A stretch of 64,000 nucleotides of DNA. Source: Cycas panzhihuaensis (Eukaryota; Plantae; Cycadophyta). The notes beneath the pieces are model-generated. The model did not search any database, was not told the DNA's origin, and saw only the letters and a program-made list of their open reading frames with translations. The position numbers and the translations under genes were made by a program. The stretch lies in assembly GCA_023213395.1 (NCBI GenBank), contig CM041465.1, forward strand, positions 172,553,741 to 172,617,740, in the 5' to 3' direction. Below are positions 23,638 to 34,554 of this stretch, one piece after another. Each line of letters opens with the position of its first letter. The first letter of the stretch is position 1.

Positions 23638-25300
23638 TGTTGAACCTTATGTTTACATGTTAAGCGTATGTACTTTATTTTTCATGTATATTTGTACTTT
23701 ATGGGGTGAATTATCACTTAAGTGATAAAGTGCACACCCACAATCTTTCCTAGCGACATAACACTATGACTTAATGGTCAAAATGACCCCTATGCACTTT
23801 TGCTCACTTGAAAGCCCAAAAGGACACATGTCCTACATGCAAAGGATGTAGCTTGGATGTTTGACACTTGTCAAACATCCAACACCTTGGGTCTCTTCTA
23901 TAACTCTATAAATTGAGACCACTTCTCATGTATCTCATATAAAGTGTGAGTACTATTGTTATGCTACCAGTTTGCTAATCAAACTGCTATTCATTTGGAG
24001 ATTGGACCAATTCCATCTCCTCCATATTTTGGTATCATCTTACTCATGCTCTTTCATGCTTTGGTCTATTGTCTTGCTTATTTTGAGTAACCTTCATTAT
24101 TCATGTTGATCTTCTTCATTCTAGAACTAGATTAGAACATCTTTCTAGATCCCGGTTAATGTAGGCTAAATGCCATCTTCAACATTTGGTATCAGAGCAG
24201 TAGAAGGGTATTCCTCTATGTTCTGATTTCTTGTTTTTAAGAGATCTAGTTAGGGTTTCAAACCCTTGGCAATGACCTTCGCTCTTCGAAGGCGATCCAA
24301 GGCCTGTTTGTCCCTTTTCAGTAGATTCAACATTTTTCAAGCTACTTGCAAGCTAGAGCAGGCTCATTTCAGATCTGAAAATTTTTTTTTCAAATGGTCA
24401 TACAAGGTGCAGCACTCACTATTACAAAAAACGGTGATTTTCTCTTATCTTTCTTCAGAAAAAATTATTTCTCTACAAGAAATAGAGCAGATCTAAGGGA
24501 TCTGTCTACTTTGTGACTAAAAATCAATCTTCTTGACACTATTTCTGAATAGCAACTAAGTTGTTGTAGGTTTTTAACTGTGTTGGGCAAGTCTATTACT
24601 ACTTTTCAGTGATTTTATTTCAAAAAGAGTGATTTTCTGTGATTTTTCTCTAGAAAAAAATAATTTCTACAAATTTAAGGCAGATCTCAAGAGTTTGTAT
24701 GTGTTTTTGACTGAAAATCGATCCTTCAATCACTCCATTCAGTCTGCACCTGAGTTTGTCACTATTCTGGGTCGTTTTCCTGCTTGCAGAGCAAATTTGT
24801 TTTGACAAAATTACTCACTTTTGCTACCTACCCCCTGTCTGATGATTACTGCAGGTGCTTTATCACTTAAAAAAGTTTTTCAGAAAAGGTTTGTAACCCT
24901 AGACAGCCATACAGTTGTCCCTGCAATTCCACGCACTCCTCTCTTCAGTTCTAGGCAACTCATCAAACCCTAGAAAGCTCCAAGTTGTTTCTGTGGTTCA
25001 TCTCCAAAACTTTGTAGCTCCTCGGAAGATCATTCTACCCTACGCGGGTCCCACGAAGTCCATACAGTGGACAATCATCACTCCAACAGTCCGTACTCAG
25101 CTCCTCGACTTCGGTTGTCCGTGTGCCCTTTTTTTTTCTTTCTAACACATCATACTCTTTCCACACTCAGCCAAATCTTGCCAAAATCAAACTATGCCAT
25201 CATAGAAGGGATCTGAAGCCTCCTCTCAAATTTCATTCGAATCGATGGAGAATTCGAGCAGGACAATCGATCTACATGAAAACAAAGTCGCACAACCACC
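23638..25300 (+). mobile_element. 5' LTR (23638-24184), tRNA-iMet PBS (24187-24198) and non-coding leader of a truncated LTR element
   Basis: TGTTGAACC...TTCAACA-TT-TGGTATCAGAGC; reverse-complement homolog of 3480-4630. Confidence 0.9.
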
Positions 25301-26231
25301 AAATCATTTTCTTCTCTCAACGTTTTTTATAAAAAAAATTTATTTTAACTTTTTCGTACTTTACGTTATACGATTTAGAATATTCTTATTTTCATATTTT
25401 TCATTTACCTAGAGTTTCTTTTATTTCATTATTAAAAGTGTTTTAAATCACCTTTTTTTAAATGAAATTTAAATTTTATTTTTTTTTTACTTTTGAAGTC
25501 ACTTTTGTTCGGGAACATGAAATCATACACGAATGTTCCCAACGAACGGACGGACGACAGCTGGGCAATTTACAATTGTGTTGCAGAGAAGGGTTGGTAG
25601 TCCATAGATTTGCAGGTGGCTCGAGCTAGCACTCCGAGCGATGGCAGTCGTTTAGATGACTTCAGAATGGCGGCTCTGATAGTACTTCTCACGTCCTTTA
25701 GCGTACGGAACAGGAGGTACTCCAGATAATAACAATCAAGAGGCGAGCAGCAAAACGGACAGCTGACATCAAAAGATTCTGTTGGCTAAAATGTGTGGCA
25801 CCTGGGAAACAGTCCTCACAGATAAGTGCATAGGCATGTGGCGGAAATCCCCAGTCAACCTCAAACAAGTTTGCAACGAAAAGCAGTTGAGAATGGCAAT
25901 ACTAAGGAGCAAGCAAGCACTTGTGGCTTTTAAACAAAGGTTGTAGTGCCTAGTAGGATACACAGAAATTACTACCCGATAGACACTTGAAGATTTTGCA
26001 TAGCCTTTATTGAATCTCTATTAGTATATACACTGAGTTTGGTAGACACAGATATCACTCAGTATCACCCAAATATCATATTCACTACTTAACACAGATG
26101 GCAATGAGTAGCATATTATAACCACAAAGTATCCACTCAATTACTTATATAAGAGGAGGGCAACCTTTTTTTTTTTTTTTCTTAAGACAGGACCTAATAC
26201 ACATAGCAGAACACAAGCATTGAAAACCTAT

Positions 26232-26644
26232 GCTCTAATACCATTTTGGAAGAGAGTGGATAGGAGTAGGACACATAGCATAAAGCACATGCAACAATGT
26301 TTGCAAGAGATGATAATATACTAACGTATCACAATTATCCAACAATCTCTCTTATTAGAAAACATAATAGAGTACATAATATATAGATTACATATGTACC
26401 AAAGTTAGGAATTAGTTTTAACCATATCATAATGGTTGATTAACTACTCCCTCAAAATATGGTAGACTATCAACCACCACATTTAATATTGCAACCATCT
26501 TTGACTCCTACTAACCAACATATTAATGACTTTGACCAAGAATATTCTCTCACTTAGAATATTCCATGTGAGGAAATATTCTAATTACATGAAATGAAAT
26601 GGACTTAAATGAACATGTAATTGGAATGTACATAATTTTCAACA
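26232..26644 (-). mobile_element. 5' LTR (26244-26644) with PBS (26232-26243) of a Copia-like element abutting a Gypsy integrase
   Basis: The minus strand reads TGTTGAAA...(degenerate end) then TGGTATTAGAGC. Confidence 0.65.
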
Positions 26645-28514
26645 AGGGGAAAATATTTATCCCAACGACTTCCAAATTAAAGGTGGTCATATTAAAAGAA
26701 GCCCACTCGATGCCAATAAAAGGACATACAAGAATAGATAAAACATACTGTAAGGTATGAAATTCCTTTTATTGGAAGGGAATAAAAGTGGATGTCCTCA
26801 AGTATGTATCTAAATGCGATTCATGCCAACGAAACAAGAGCAAACACGTAAAAAGCCTGGGACTGCTACAACTGTTACCCATCCTGCATCAAAAAGGGAA
26901 GAAATCTCAATGGACTTTATCACAGAACTCCCACGATCCGTAGGGAGAGATGCCATCTTTGTGGTAGTAGACAGGTTAACTAAATATGTGCATTTCAGGG
27001 GCACACAATCAATAGCAACAACAGGTCAAATAGCAGAGATATATCAAGAAGATACATTGTCTGCATGGGCTTTCCAAAATTATAGTTATTGATCGGGATC
27101 CAAAGTTCACAATCCATTTTTGGCAGGACCTGTTCAAATTAGCAGGAACAAAATTAAATATGAGCACAGCCTATCACCCGCAATTAGATGGACAGATAGA
27201 GGCAGTCAACAAATGCCTAGAAGGATACTTAAGGAACTTTTCTTCTAATAAGCAAACTCAATGGCATAGGTGGCTCCATTTGGCTGAATGGTGGTACAAC
27301 ACCACTTACCACACAGCAACAAAAATGACATATTTTCAGGCATTATATGGGTATGAGCCACCGTCTATATTCATGTGGCCAAAAATATCACAAGTACAAG
27401 CAATACGCGAATAACAGGAATAGGTGGAACAAACAATGAGGACTTTGAAAGACAATTTGAATACAACAAGGAATAGAATGAAGCAGCAAGTCGACACCAA
27501 AAGGTCTGAAAGGAGCTTCATAGTAAGAGATTGGGTCTTTCTAAGACTCCAACCTTACCAACAATCATCAATGAAACAAACAAACAGACATAAATTAGCA
27601 CCTTAATTCTTCAGACCTTATCAAGTTATTGGAAAAACTGGAGAAGTGGCTTATCAACTAGCATTACCACCAGGGAGCAAGATCCACAATGTTTTTCATG
27701 TATCTTGCCTTAATAAGAAGGTGGCGGAAAAGGTAACCCCTTAGACAATATTCCCTAAGCTAGATGAAGAAGGGAAGATTATCTTTGAACCACAGGGGAT
27801 TTTATAGATACAAACAAAAGAACTACAGTCCATAAAGATCAAAGAATACCTCATTAAGTGGAAAACTTTATATTTAGATGATGCAATGTGGGAATCAAAA
27901 CAATGGATTCAACAACACCCAAATTTACCCATGCCTTAAGGGCAAAGCAGGGTTTTGAGGGGAGGGACTTCTTGTGAGCAAAGTGACCCCAGTTTGGCCG
28001 ACTTAAAGCCTATCTTCTGTTTGACCTCGATCTCAGGTTTGTCAGGATTTATTTGGTCAACTTTGAAGACAATATTCTGGCTGACTTCCATCTCAAGTTT
28101 GGCAGGATTTGACTGGTCAACTTTGAAGACAATATTCTGGCTAACTTCCATCTTAAATTAGCAGGTTTATTCATGACCATTTAGCCTCCTATATAAAGGA
28201 TTATTTGACCCCAACCCAAGCCATCTTAGAACCAAGTTTGGACTGCTGTAAATTTGGCCTTAAGACTACTATTTACTCACCCTTAGGGTTGCACTATTTG
28301 GAGGGTACCTCTCCTTGAAGAGGGTAGCAATAATAAGAGTTAGTTTGGCATCTATATCCTCCTATTTTTAGTTTTACTCTAAAGATATGCATCGCAGCCC
28401 TTGCTAATAGATTTCAGTTGTATTTTGAAGCATTATTCCCCTTGTTTTTTCAATATGTGCCAAGAGGCCCAACACGTCGTATCAGAGTGCTTCATGTGGT
28501 ATCAGAGCGCTTCA
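26645..28514 (+). mobile_element. 3' part of a chromovirus Gypsy: integrase, chromodomain, PPT and 3' LTR (from 27973)
   Basis: [54 protein letters not shown], chromodomain-like EYLIKWK....DDAMWE; PPT GAGGGGAGGGA at 27957. Confidence 0.9.
27990..28170 (+). repeat. ~60 bp tandem repeat (about 3 units) in the U3 of the LTR
   Basis: tggtcaactttgaagacaatattctggct.acttccatct occurs at 28054 and 28114, with a diverged unit upstream. Confidence 0.9.
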
Positions 28515-30579
28515 AGCAACTCAATAGTGGGTGACCAACAACATAAAATGATAGTGCCTAAGTTGTAATGTATGACACATACCTATAGGGATTGCCCATA
28601 GGAGCCGACGTGGGAATACGCTTTCTGCCAATTAAGGTAACAAGAATCAATTGTGGAGATCCATTATTGATTCATATACCATGTGTTACCAAGAGTTGCA
28701 GTAAGAAGCAAGTACAACCATCAGGCAATTGCGAGCTTTTCTCCCATGAAGTCTATAAAGATGAAAGAAGATTCAAAAGAGGGCAATCAAATTGTTTTAT
28801 ACTTGTTTATAGAAGAACAATAGTCTTATGCAAGGTATCCTAATAGTTTGTAATGAGTAACACCTCCCCCTAGACTCTTCCAAGAGTAACCTTGGATGAG
28901 ATCCCCGTTATATTAATAAAAAGGATACATATTTGATAATCTTGGTCTCTATGTTATGTTATTTATCGTGTCCTCTAAAGATATTTGTCTGTGTTATAAG
29001 GACATTGCTTCCATGCATCTTTGTTGGGTTTGACAATATGTGTTTGAGACCTCAACATACTCCCCAGACATGCTACCTAGCAACCTTCCTCTGTTTATTG
29101 AACCAGTTGCTTCCATCAATTCCCTTTGAGTGCTCTAGTTAGAAGCTAGAGATGTAGCTAAGTTGTTTTTGTTGGAATATTGCCCATATTGGAGCGACTA
29201 CCCACCTTGGGGAGATTACCCACATTAGGGTAATAACCCATATCGTGGGAGATATCTTGGCGGCACTTTGTCAGGCGTTTGTCAATGCCAGGTAGTGGTG
29301 GACCTTGAGAGGTGTACCTGTTAGAGTGTAATGTTTAATGTGTGTATGGTTAAGTAAAGTGTGTCCTAAGATTAATAGTCCTAAGTCTTAGAGTCAAAGA
29401 GTCATTATAATATTGTGTGAGAAGATAGAAGCCTATTGGTCAAGTTAGTTGGTGTAATGTCATTGCTCAGGACAAAGGTACTTGTCTCACATGCATTACT
29501 TGTCTTGTATGTCCTCCCACCTCTTTTGTATATAAAGGTGGTTGAGGTAGTATATGTCATCAAGTCATCATCAAGACTCATGTTGAGTCTATGATGCATG
29601 AATGTTCTGATGTTATCTTATTTGTGTTATGTTTATACAAGCTTTGTTTTGTTTATTGATATTGTTGGTTATTGTTCTGATGATGAATGTCTTCCATGTT
29701 AAAATCTAACATGGTATCAGAGCAGGTTCTTCTGGCTGTTTGAGAGTATTCGTGTGCAGGTTTACCATTTTGATGATATAAGGAGGTGGCTCCATAGGGA
29801 CAAGTTCCAGGCCAAGGCTCTTTTGGGAAACTCCTAAGGCTATCATTATTACATATTATGTCAAGCCAAAATTTTGCCAGGTAATATCACTCTTTACTTT
29901 GTTATATGATGCAAGAGATGTACTAAGATTACCCTGTCAAGCAAGTTGATGTAATATATGTCAAAACCTCCTGATGTGAAGTAAAAGTGATGGTATTGTA
30001 CCCTTCTTGTGATGAAATCTGCTATGTTGGTAAAATCTGAGCATGTATAAATAAAACTTTTAAAGTATTAAAGCAGGCTGTAGAATGATCATTGCATTTG
30101 AGAAGTTAAGTGAGAATGATTATAAATGATTATAAATTAAAGAGAAGGTTCAGAAATAGCCGTCATTGATCTCGAATCTGTCCACGTTGAGTGAATAGTA
30201 CAAGCAAGATGCACTCCTTGTAATTGTCCAGGAGAACTGTTGCCGCATAACCAGAAGATAGTATTGCAGAGTTATCATCATAATCCAGCTACATGGCACA
30301 AGGGCAGACTGTGGGAACTGGAACAAATCTCAGAAGAAGCCATAATTATTGAGGGCACCACTGTTGCAGGGGTAAACAGTAGGAATTCTGATGATTGCCT
30401 GAGAATTAGACTACAACCTGTAATTGCCTTGAGGCTGTACAGTTTCTTGGGGTTTATGCACTTGCTCCAGTTGAGACTTCTGAGGAGAGGAGCTGTCTGC
30501 AGGGTTTTCAAGAGATCCTTTGTTATCAACAAGTCTCTCAATAGGAATTCCAGTGTTGTCATAGAAGATTATGTTGATC

Positions 30580-31101
30580 TACAACTGAGCCTTCTCTATT
30601 TCCAAGCCAACCCAAATAAATTTCATCGTCTGAATAAATATCATCTGCTGGTTGCATATCATGCTGACCAATGACAGAGTTCTGCACTTGTGAAATGCTA
30701 GAGGTTTCGCTGTCCATTGGCATTACCACAGTTGTAGCAACATATGGAAGACTCTGTCGATGAATAAGAGGTTCAAGGGCTAGAAGTGCATGGGCACGAA
30801 ACTCAGCAAGTTCAGTTCCTGGTTCTTACCTGCCTTTCCGAAACTGGACGAGTCCTTGTGACAAATAAGGTGGTCGATGACAACATGGAGAAAGCAGTGA
30901 TGCCAAAAGAGCCCTATATGCAGCTAGCTGAAAATCTGCAGTGGTGAAAGATGTTGATTCTTCAACATAAGAAACATCTTCTTCATCATAGAGTTGCAGA
31001 AAAGAAGAAATAGTTGAAGTATTCATCCTTACAGTCACCAGAACCAAATCCACATCTGCCCTCCAGCGATCTGAACATAAAGCTCCACCCACGGTAAGCA
31101 T
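30580..31101 (-). pseudogene. Captured fragment of a plant RIX1/PELP1-like (proline-, glutamate-, leucine-rich protein 1) gene
   Basis: One continuous frame: MLTVGGALCSDRWRADVDLVLVTV...ADFQLAAYRALLASLLSPCCHRPPYLSQGLVQFRKGR*EPGTELAEFRAHALLALEPLIHRQSLP...DDEIYLGWLGN. This matches the motif order I recognise in the C-terminal half of plant RIX1/PELP1 proteins. One stop; may extend to ~30410 after a frameshift. Confidence 0.8.
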
Positions 31102-31290
31102 CCCCTGGCTATCACACCATCCCTCCTCTGATTTCTGCAGTTGGTTCTTGCGCCTTCTGTGTGCAGCCTTCCATTTGCGATCCCCATCCACTACACTGCA
31201 CTTTGTCTGACGATTCGTTACGGGAGATGGTAGGAACAATGGGACCCCAAGGAGGGTAGTTGTAGGCCTTCAGCCAAAGGATTGTCCAAG

Positions 31291-31485
31291 ATAGACACCC
31301 ATGTTACTATTAATTTGGCTTCTTACTCAAAGTGGGAGATTCGGGGGCTTCGTAGGAAGTTAATCAATGAATTGAAATAGGTTAGAGTCGTGTTCAAGAA
31401 ACTTGAAGCTAGAGAATTACAATAGCGGGGTTTTTCATTTTCAACTGGAACGAATTCTAGTTACAGTGCTTCCCAGTTGATCAGA
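31291..31485 (+). pseudogene. Captured fragment of a GTE (BET bromodomain, GTE2/4/7-like) gene, N-terminal coiled-coil region
   Basis: IDTHVTINLASYSKWEIRGLRRKLINELK*VRVVFKKLEARELQ*...YSASQL resembles the pre-bromodomain block of plant GTE proteins. LSDDS upstream (~31203) resembles their ASDDSS motif. Both stops are TAG, consistent with CAG>TAG. Confidence 0.65.
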
Positions 31486-32108
31486 TTCAGTACATAATTG
31501 GAGGTAACAGCTGGACCGAGTGAGAAGACACTGTGCGGGATTTGTTATTCACCGAGTGCAAGAGCATCCCGGCCGTCGACCCTCTGATCGATTCCCTTTA
31601 TCAAACGCCGGCATGTTGTGCACTTCGATCCACGAATAGGAGCCCTCCGCCGCTGCCTCACCTACATAGTTAGGATTTGTTGCTTCCGTGCTGCCCTACA
31701 TATTTATATAAAGCTCGCCCAGTCATCTATTTATTCAGTCGCATTTGAAACATTAACACGGAGTTTCATATATTGGACCATTAATATTTGGTATTTGATA
31801 TAGCATATTCTTTGTTCTATAAAGAGTTTTTTTATATTAAGGCATATGGTGTTTACCCTTAATGGTGATATATGCGAGGGTGAGGCAGTGTCCCAATAGT
31901 AACATGACCTGATTATATATTTTTGCATGTGGTTAATGGGCTAGTAAGGGCAAGTTTTGGGCTAGAAGTCAATATTGAGATTTGTTGACAGCACGACAAG
32001 AAGAATGAGTTATTTGGCGAAGATACCTTGTTTTGACATGGTTATGTTGGTGTGAAATGAACACATAATCTTGGGTAATATTTCTCCTGTTCAATCCAAT
32101 CATACAAT

Positions 32109-32777
32109 ATGGAGTTGAGTGACGTCGTAGTTTTTGTGCCTAAAAGAAAGGAATACTGGTTGACAGATCTCCCTTTTCCTTTACCCAAATATGTCGGCAC
32201 TAATTTTTGAATCTGGAAAATTAAGATGGAGTGCATATTCAGAGCAAAGAAACTTTGGAAGACAATTATGGGTACTAAAATGGATCATGAAGAAGGGGAG
32301 GAAACTTTCAAAAGGAAAAACAGAATAGCCATTGACCTAATACTTGCAGCCTTTGATAAGTATAATCTTCCTTCTTCCTATCACTTCCTTGTCCAGACTC
32401 TTCAAAATACCGACTCAGCTGAGGACGCCTGGAAACTGCTAGCAGAAGTACAAGAAAAGGGACTTGAAGAAGTGTAAAGGAGTATCAAAAGGACAAAGAA
32501 CCAAAGGAAGAAGTTGAAAAGGAAAGCTAAAAATCAGCTTGATTCTGGTAAAGACAATCCTCATGAACAAGAGTCTAATAATCTTTGCCCAAGATCTAAT
32601 GAAGATTTGAGTGCACCAAATGACCTGAGCCTCACCGAGATGACAGGAAACTTCACACCTGAGATTGATGAAAAAACGACAGTTGAAGGACCTGAATTTC
32701 AACCTCTACAGGTAATTCATCATGGATACAAACATCCTGACAGAAGGTATGAGCAAAATTGTCCTAGTTTGCATTGA
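32109..32777 (+). pseudogene. Copia gag N-terminal (DUF4219-like) ORF remnant of element copy 2
   Basis: MELSDVVVFVPKRKEYWLTDLPFPLPKYVGTNF*IWKIKMECIFRAKKLWKTIMG...LPSSYHFLV...SAEDAWKLL; colinear with 17905-18300. Confidence 0.8.
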
Positions 32778-34554
32778 CAGATTTGTAGCCAGGATTCAAA
32801 TGAGGTTAGGATACACATTGATATGCACATGTTGGAGACTGTATATGATTGCACTCAATTTAGTCACATCTTCTATCTTCATCCTTGAAAGAATCCAAAT
32901 AGTGGCAGCATATCCTACAACAACTCTAAAAGGCTCTTCTAAGGAAGGAAGGATCATAGGAAAGAGACTATGTGGTCAAAACCTTGGTTGCCAAGATCAT
33001 AGCATATTTTGGATAGGCTACTTAATCATAAGGTTCAATCACATTAAAATAATATTTCATCTTTGTATAACCATAATCAAAAAGTATGGACATGTAGTCA
33101 TCATGAAAATACTCATTGTACCTAGTTCAAGGAATTTCTTGGGTGATATGGAGAAAACAGGGCATCTTGTTAGTCATGCACATATAACTGAACAGGCTGC
33201 AAGTAACTATGATGAAGCAATTGAAACTCATCTCAATGAATTCATTGCTTCAGGGGAGGATGATGTTGTCTCACCACTCGATGACTTATCGTCATATTTA
33301 GATATTGATAATATTGTCAACCTATCTCCAATTGTTAACATTTATTTGTTTGATCACTCACATGCTTAAGAAAGTGGAAGCAAACAAGTGGTGACCAGAA
33401 TTCTAATGGAAGACATATTTGATGGACAACTTGAAGACACCTTTGATAAGTACATGCAGAAACACCTGACAGGTCCTCACCAAGCACAAGTCAGCTCAAG
33501 TTTGATCTACTACACATTTTGTGTAATAAAAGGTTCCCAATTGCACATGAAGACAAAGAAGACAAAGTTCGAGAACCGTCACTCTAAAGGACTACTCCAA
33601 AGGCGACATTGCAGGATTGAAGACCAAGATCAAGTCCAAGCCATTGTATTCAAAACTTTTCTAAGATCAAGACACTGTAAATTCAAAGAAAGCAAAGTAC
33701 ATGTTGGTCAAATTAAAGTCCGTGTTTAATGTCCTAAGTCCATTGTCAAGTATCATGTTAGTCTTTAGTATTCAGTCACTTTTTGCAGTCTTGACATTAA
33801 ATATTAAGGGGAGGTGTTAGAGTATAATGTTTAATGCGTGTATGGTTAAGTAAAGTGTGTCCTAAGATTAATAGTCCTAAGTCCTAGAGTCAAAGAGTCA
33901 TTATAATATTGTGTGAGAAGATAGAAGCCTATTGGTCAAGTTAGTTGGTGTAATTTCATTGGTCAGGACAAAGGTATTTGTCCCACATGCATTACTTGTC
34001 TTGTATGTCCTCCCACCTCTTTTGTATATAAAGGTGGTTGAGGTAGTATATGTCATCAAGTCATCATTAAAACTCATGTTGAGTCTATGATGCATGAATG
34101 TTCTGATGTTATCTTATTTGTTTTATGTTTATACAAGCTTTGTTTTGTTTATTGATGTTGTTGGTTATTATTCTGATGATGAATGTCTTCCATATTAAAA
34201 TCTAACAGTGCCAAATCCTCTCAGTCCTGCCTATTTATTTAGGGGCTCTGAAGACCCTAGTGTTCATCGACACCACCATCCTCACGAATTGATGGTTGTA
34301 CCTTCTTACTTGCATTCCATTCCTCTTCTTTATTCCTTTGTCCTCTGATTCTATCATTTGGTATTAGAGCCATGATCTATCTATACTTGGAGAGTTTCGT
34401 CTATGCACATCTATTTACATAAGCATTCATCTGATACATATGCTTGCCCATTCCTTTCACTTCACAATCGCTTGCTTGGTTACCATAGAATCATCTGCAT
34501 CCCTACTCCTATATTTGGAATCATATCTCTAGGAAGACTATCCACTTGAGTAGA

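Larger units (their letters stand above)
29319..34207 (+). mobile_element. Non-autonomous gag-only (TR-GAG/LARD-like) LTR retrotransposon, copy 2, carrying host gene fragments
   Basis: 393 bp LTRs at 29319-29711 and 33815-34207 (about 13 mismatches by hand count); PBS TGGTATCAGAGC at 29712; PPT AAGGGGAGG; TSD GTACC/GTGCC. gag N-terminus from 32109; no pol. Confidence 0.95.

Noticed and set aside
25508-25542. Short inverted repeat gggaacat...atgttccc
   Set aside because: An 8 bp stem is expected by chance and has no supporting context.
27936-28161. ORFs with 20 aa repeats; CRISPR-like look
   Set aside because: 60 bp tandem repeat in an LTR with no unique spacers, in a eukaryotic context.
30240-30674. 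144 aa plus-strand ORF
   Set aside because: No recognisable motif, and it overlaps the minus-strand RIX1-like frame, so it is probably an antisense shadow.
30826-31101. RIX1-like segment as a real exon of a resident gene (apparent GTAAG donor)
   Set aside because: Homology continues in frame straight past the GT/stop, it lies inside a TSD-flanked LTR element, and it is not NOC1 sequence.
29405-34095. Duplicated 64 aa ORFs (29405-29599 and 33901-34095) as paralogous small genes
   Set aside because: They are the two LTR copies of one element.
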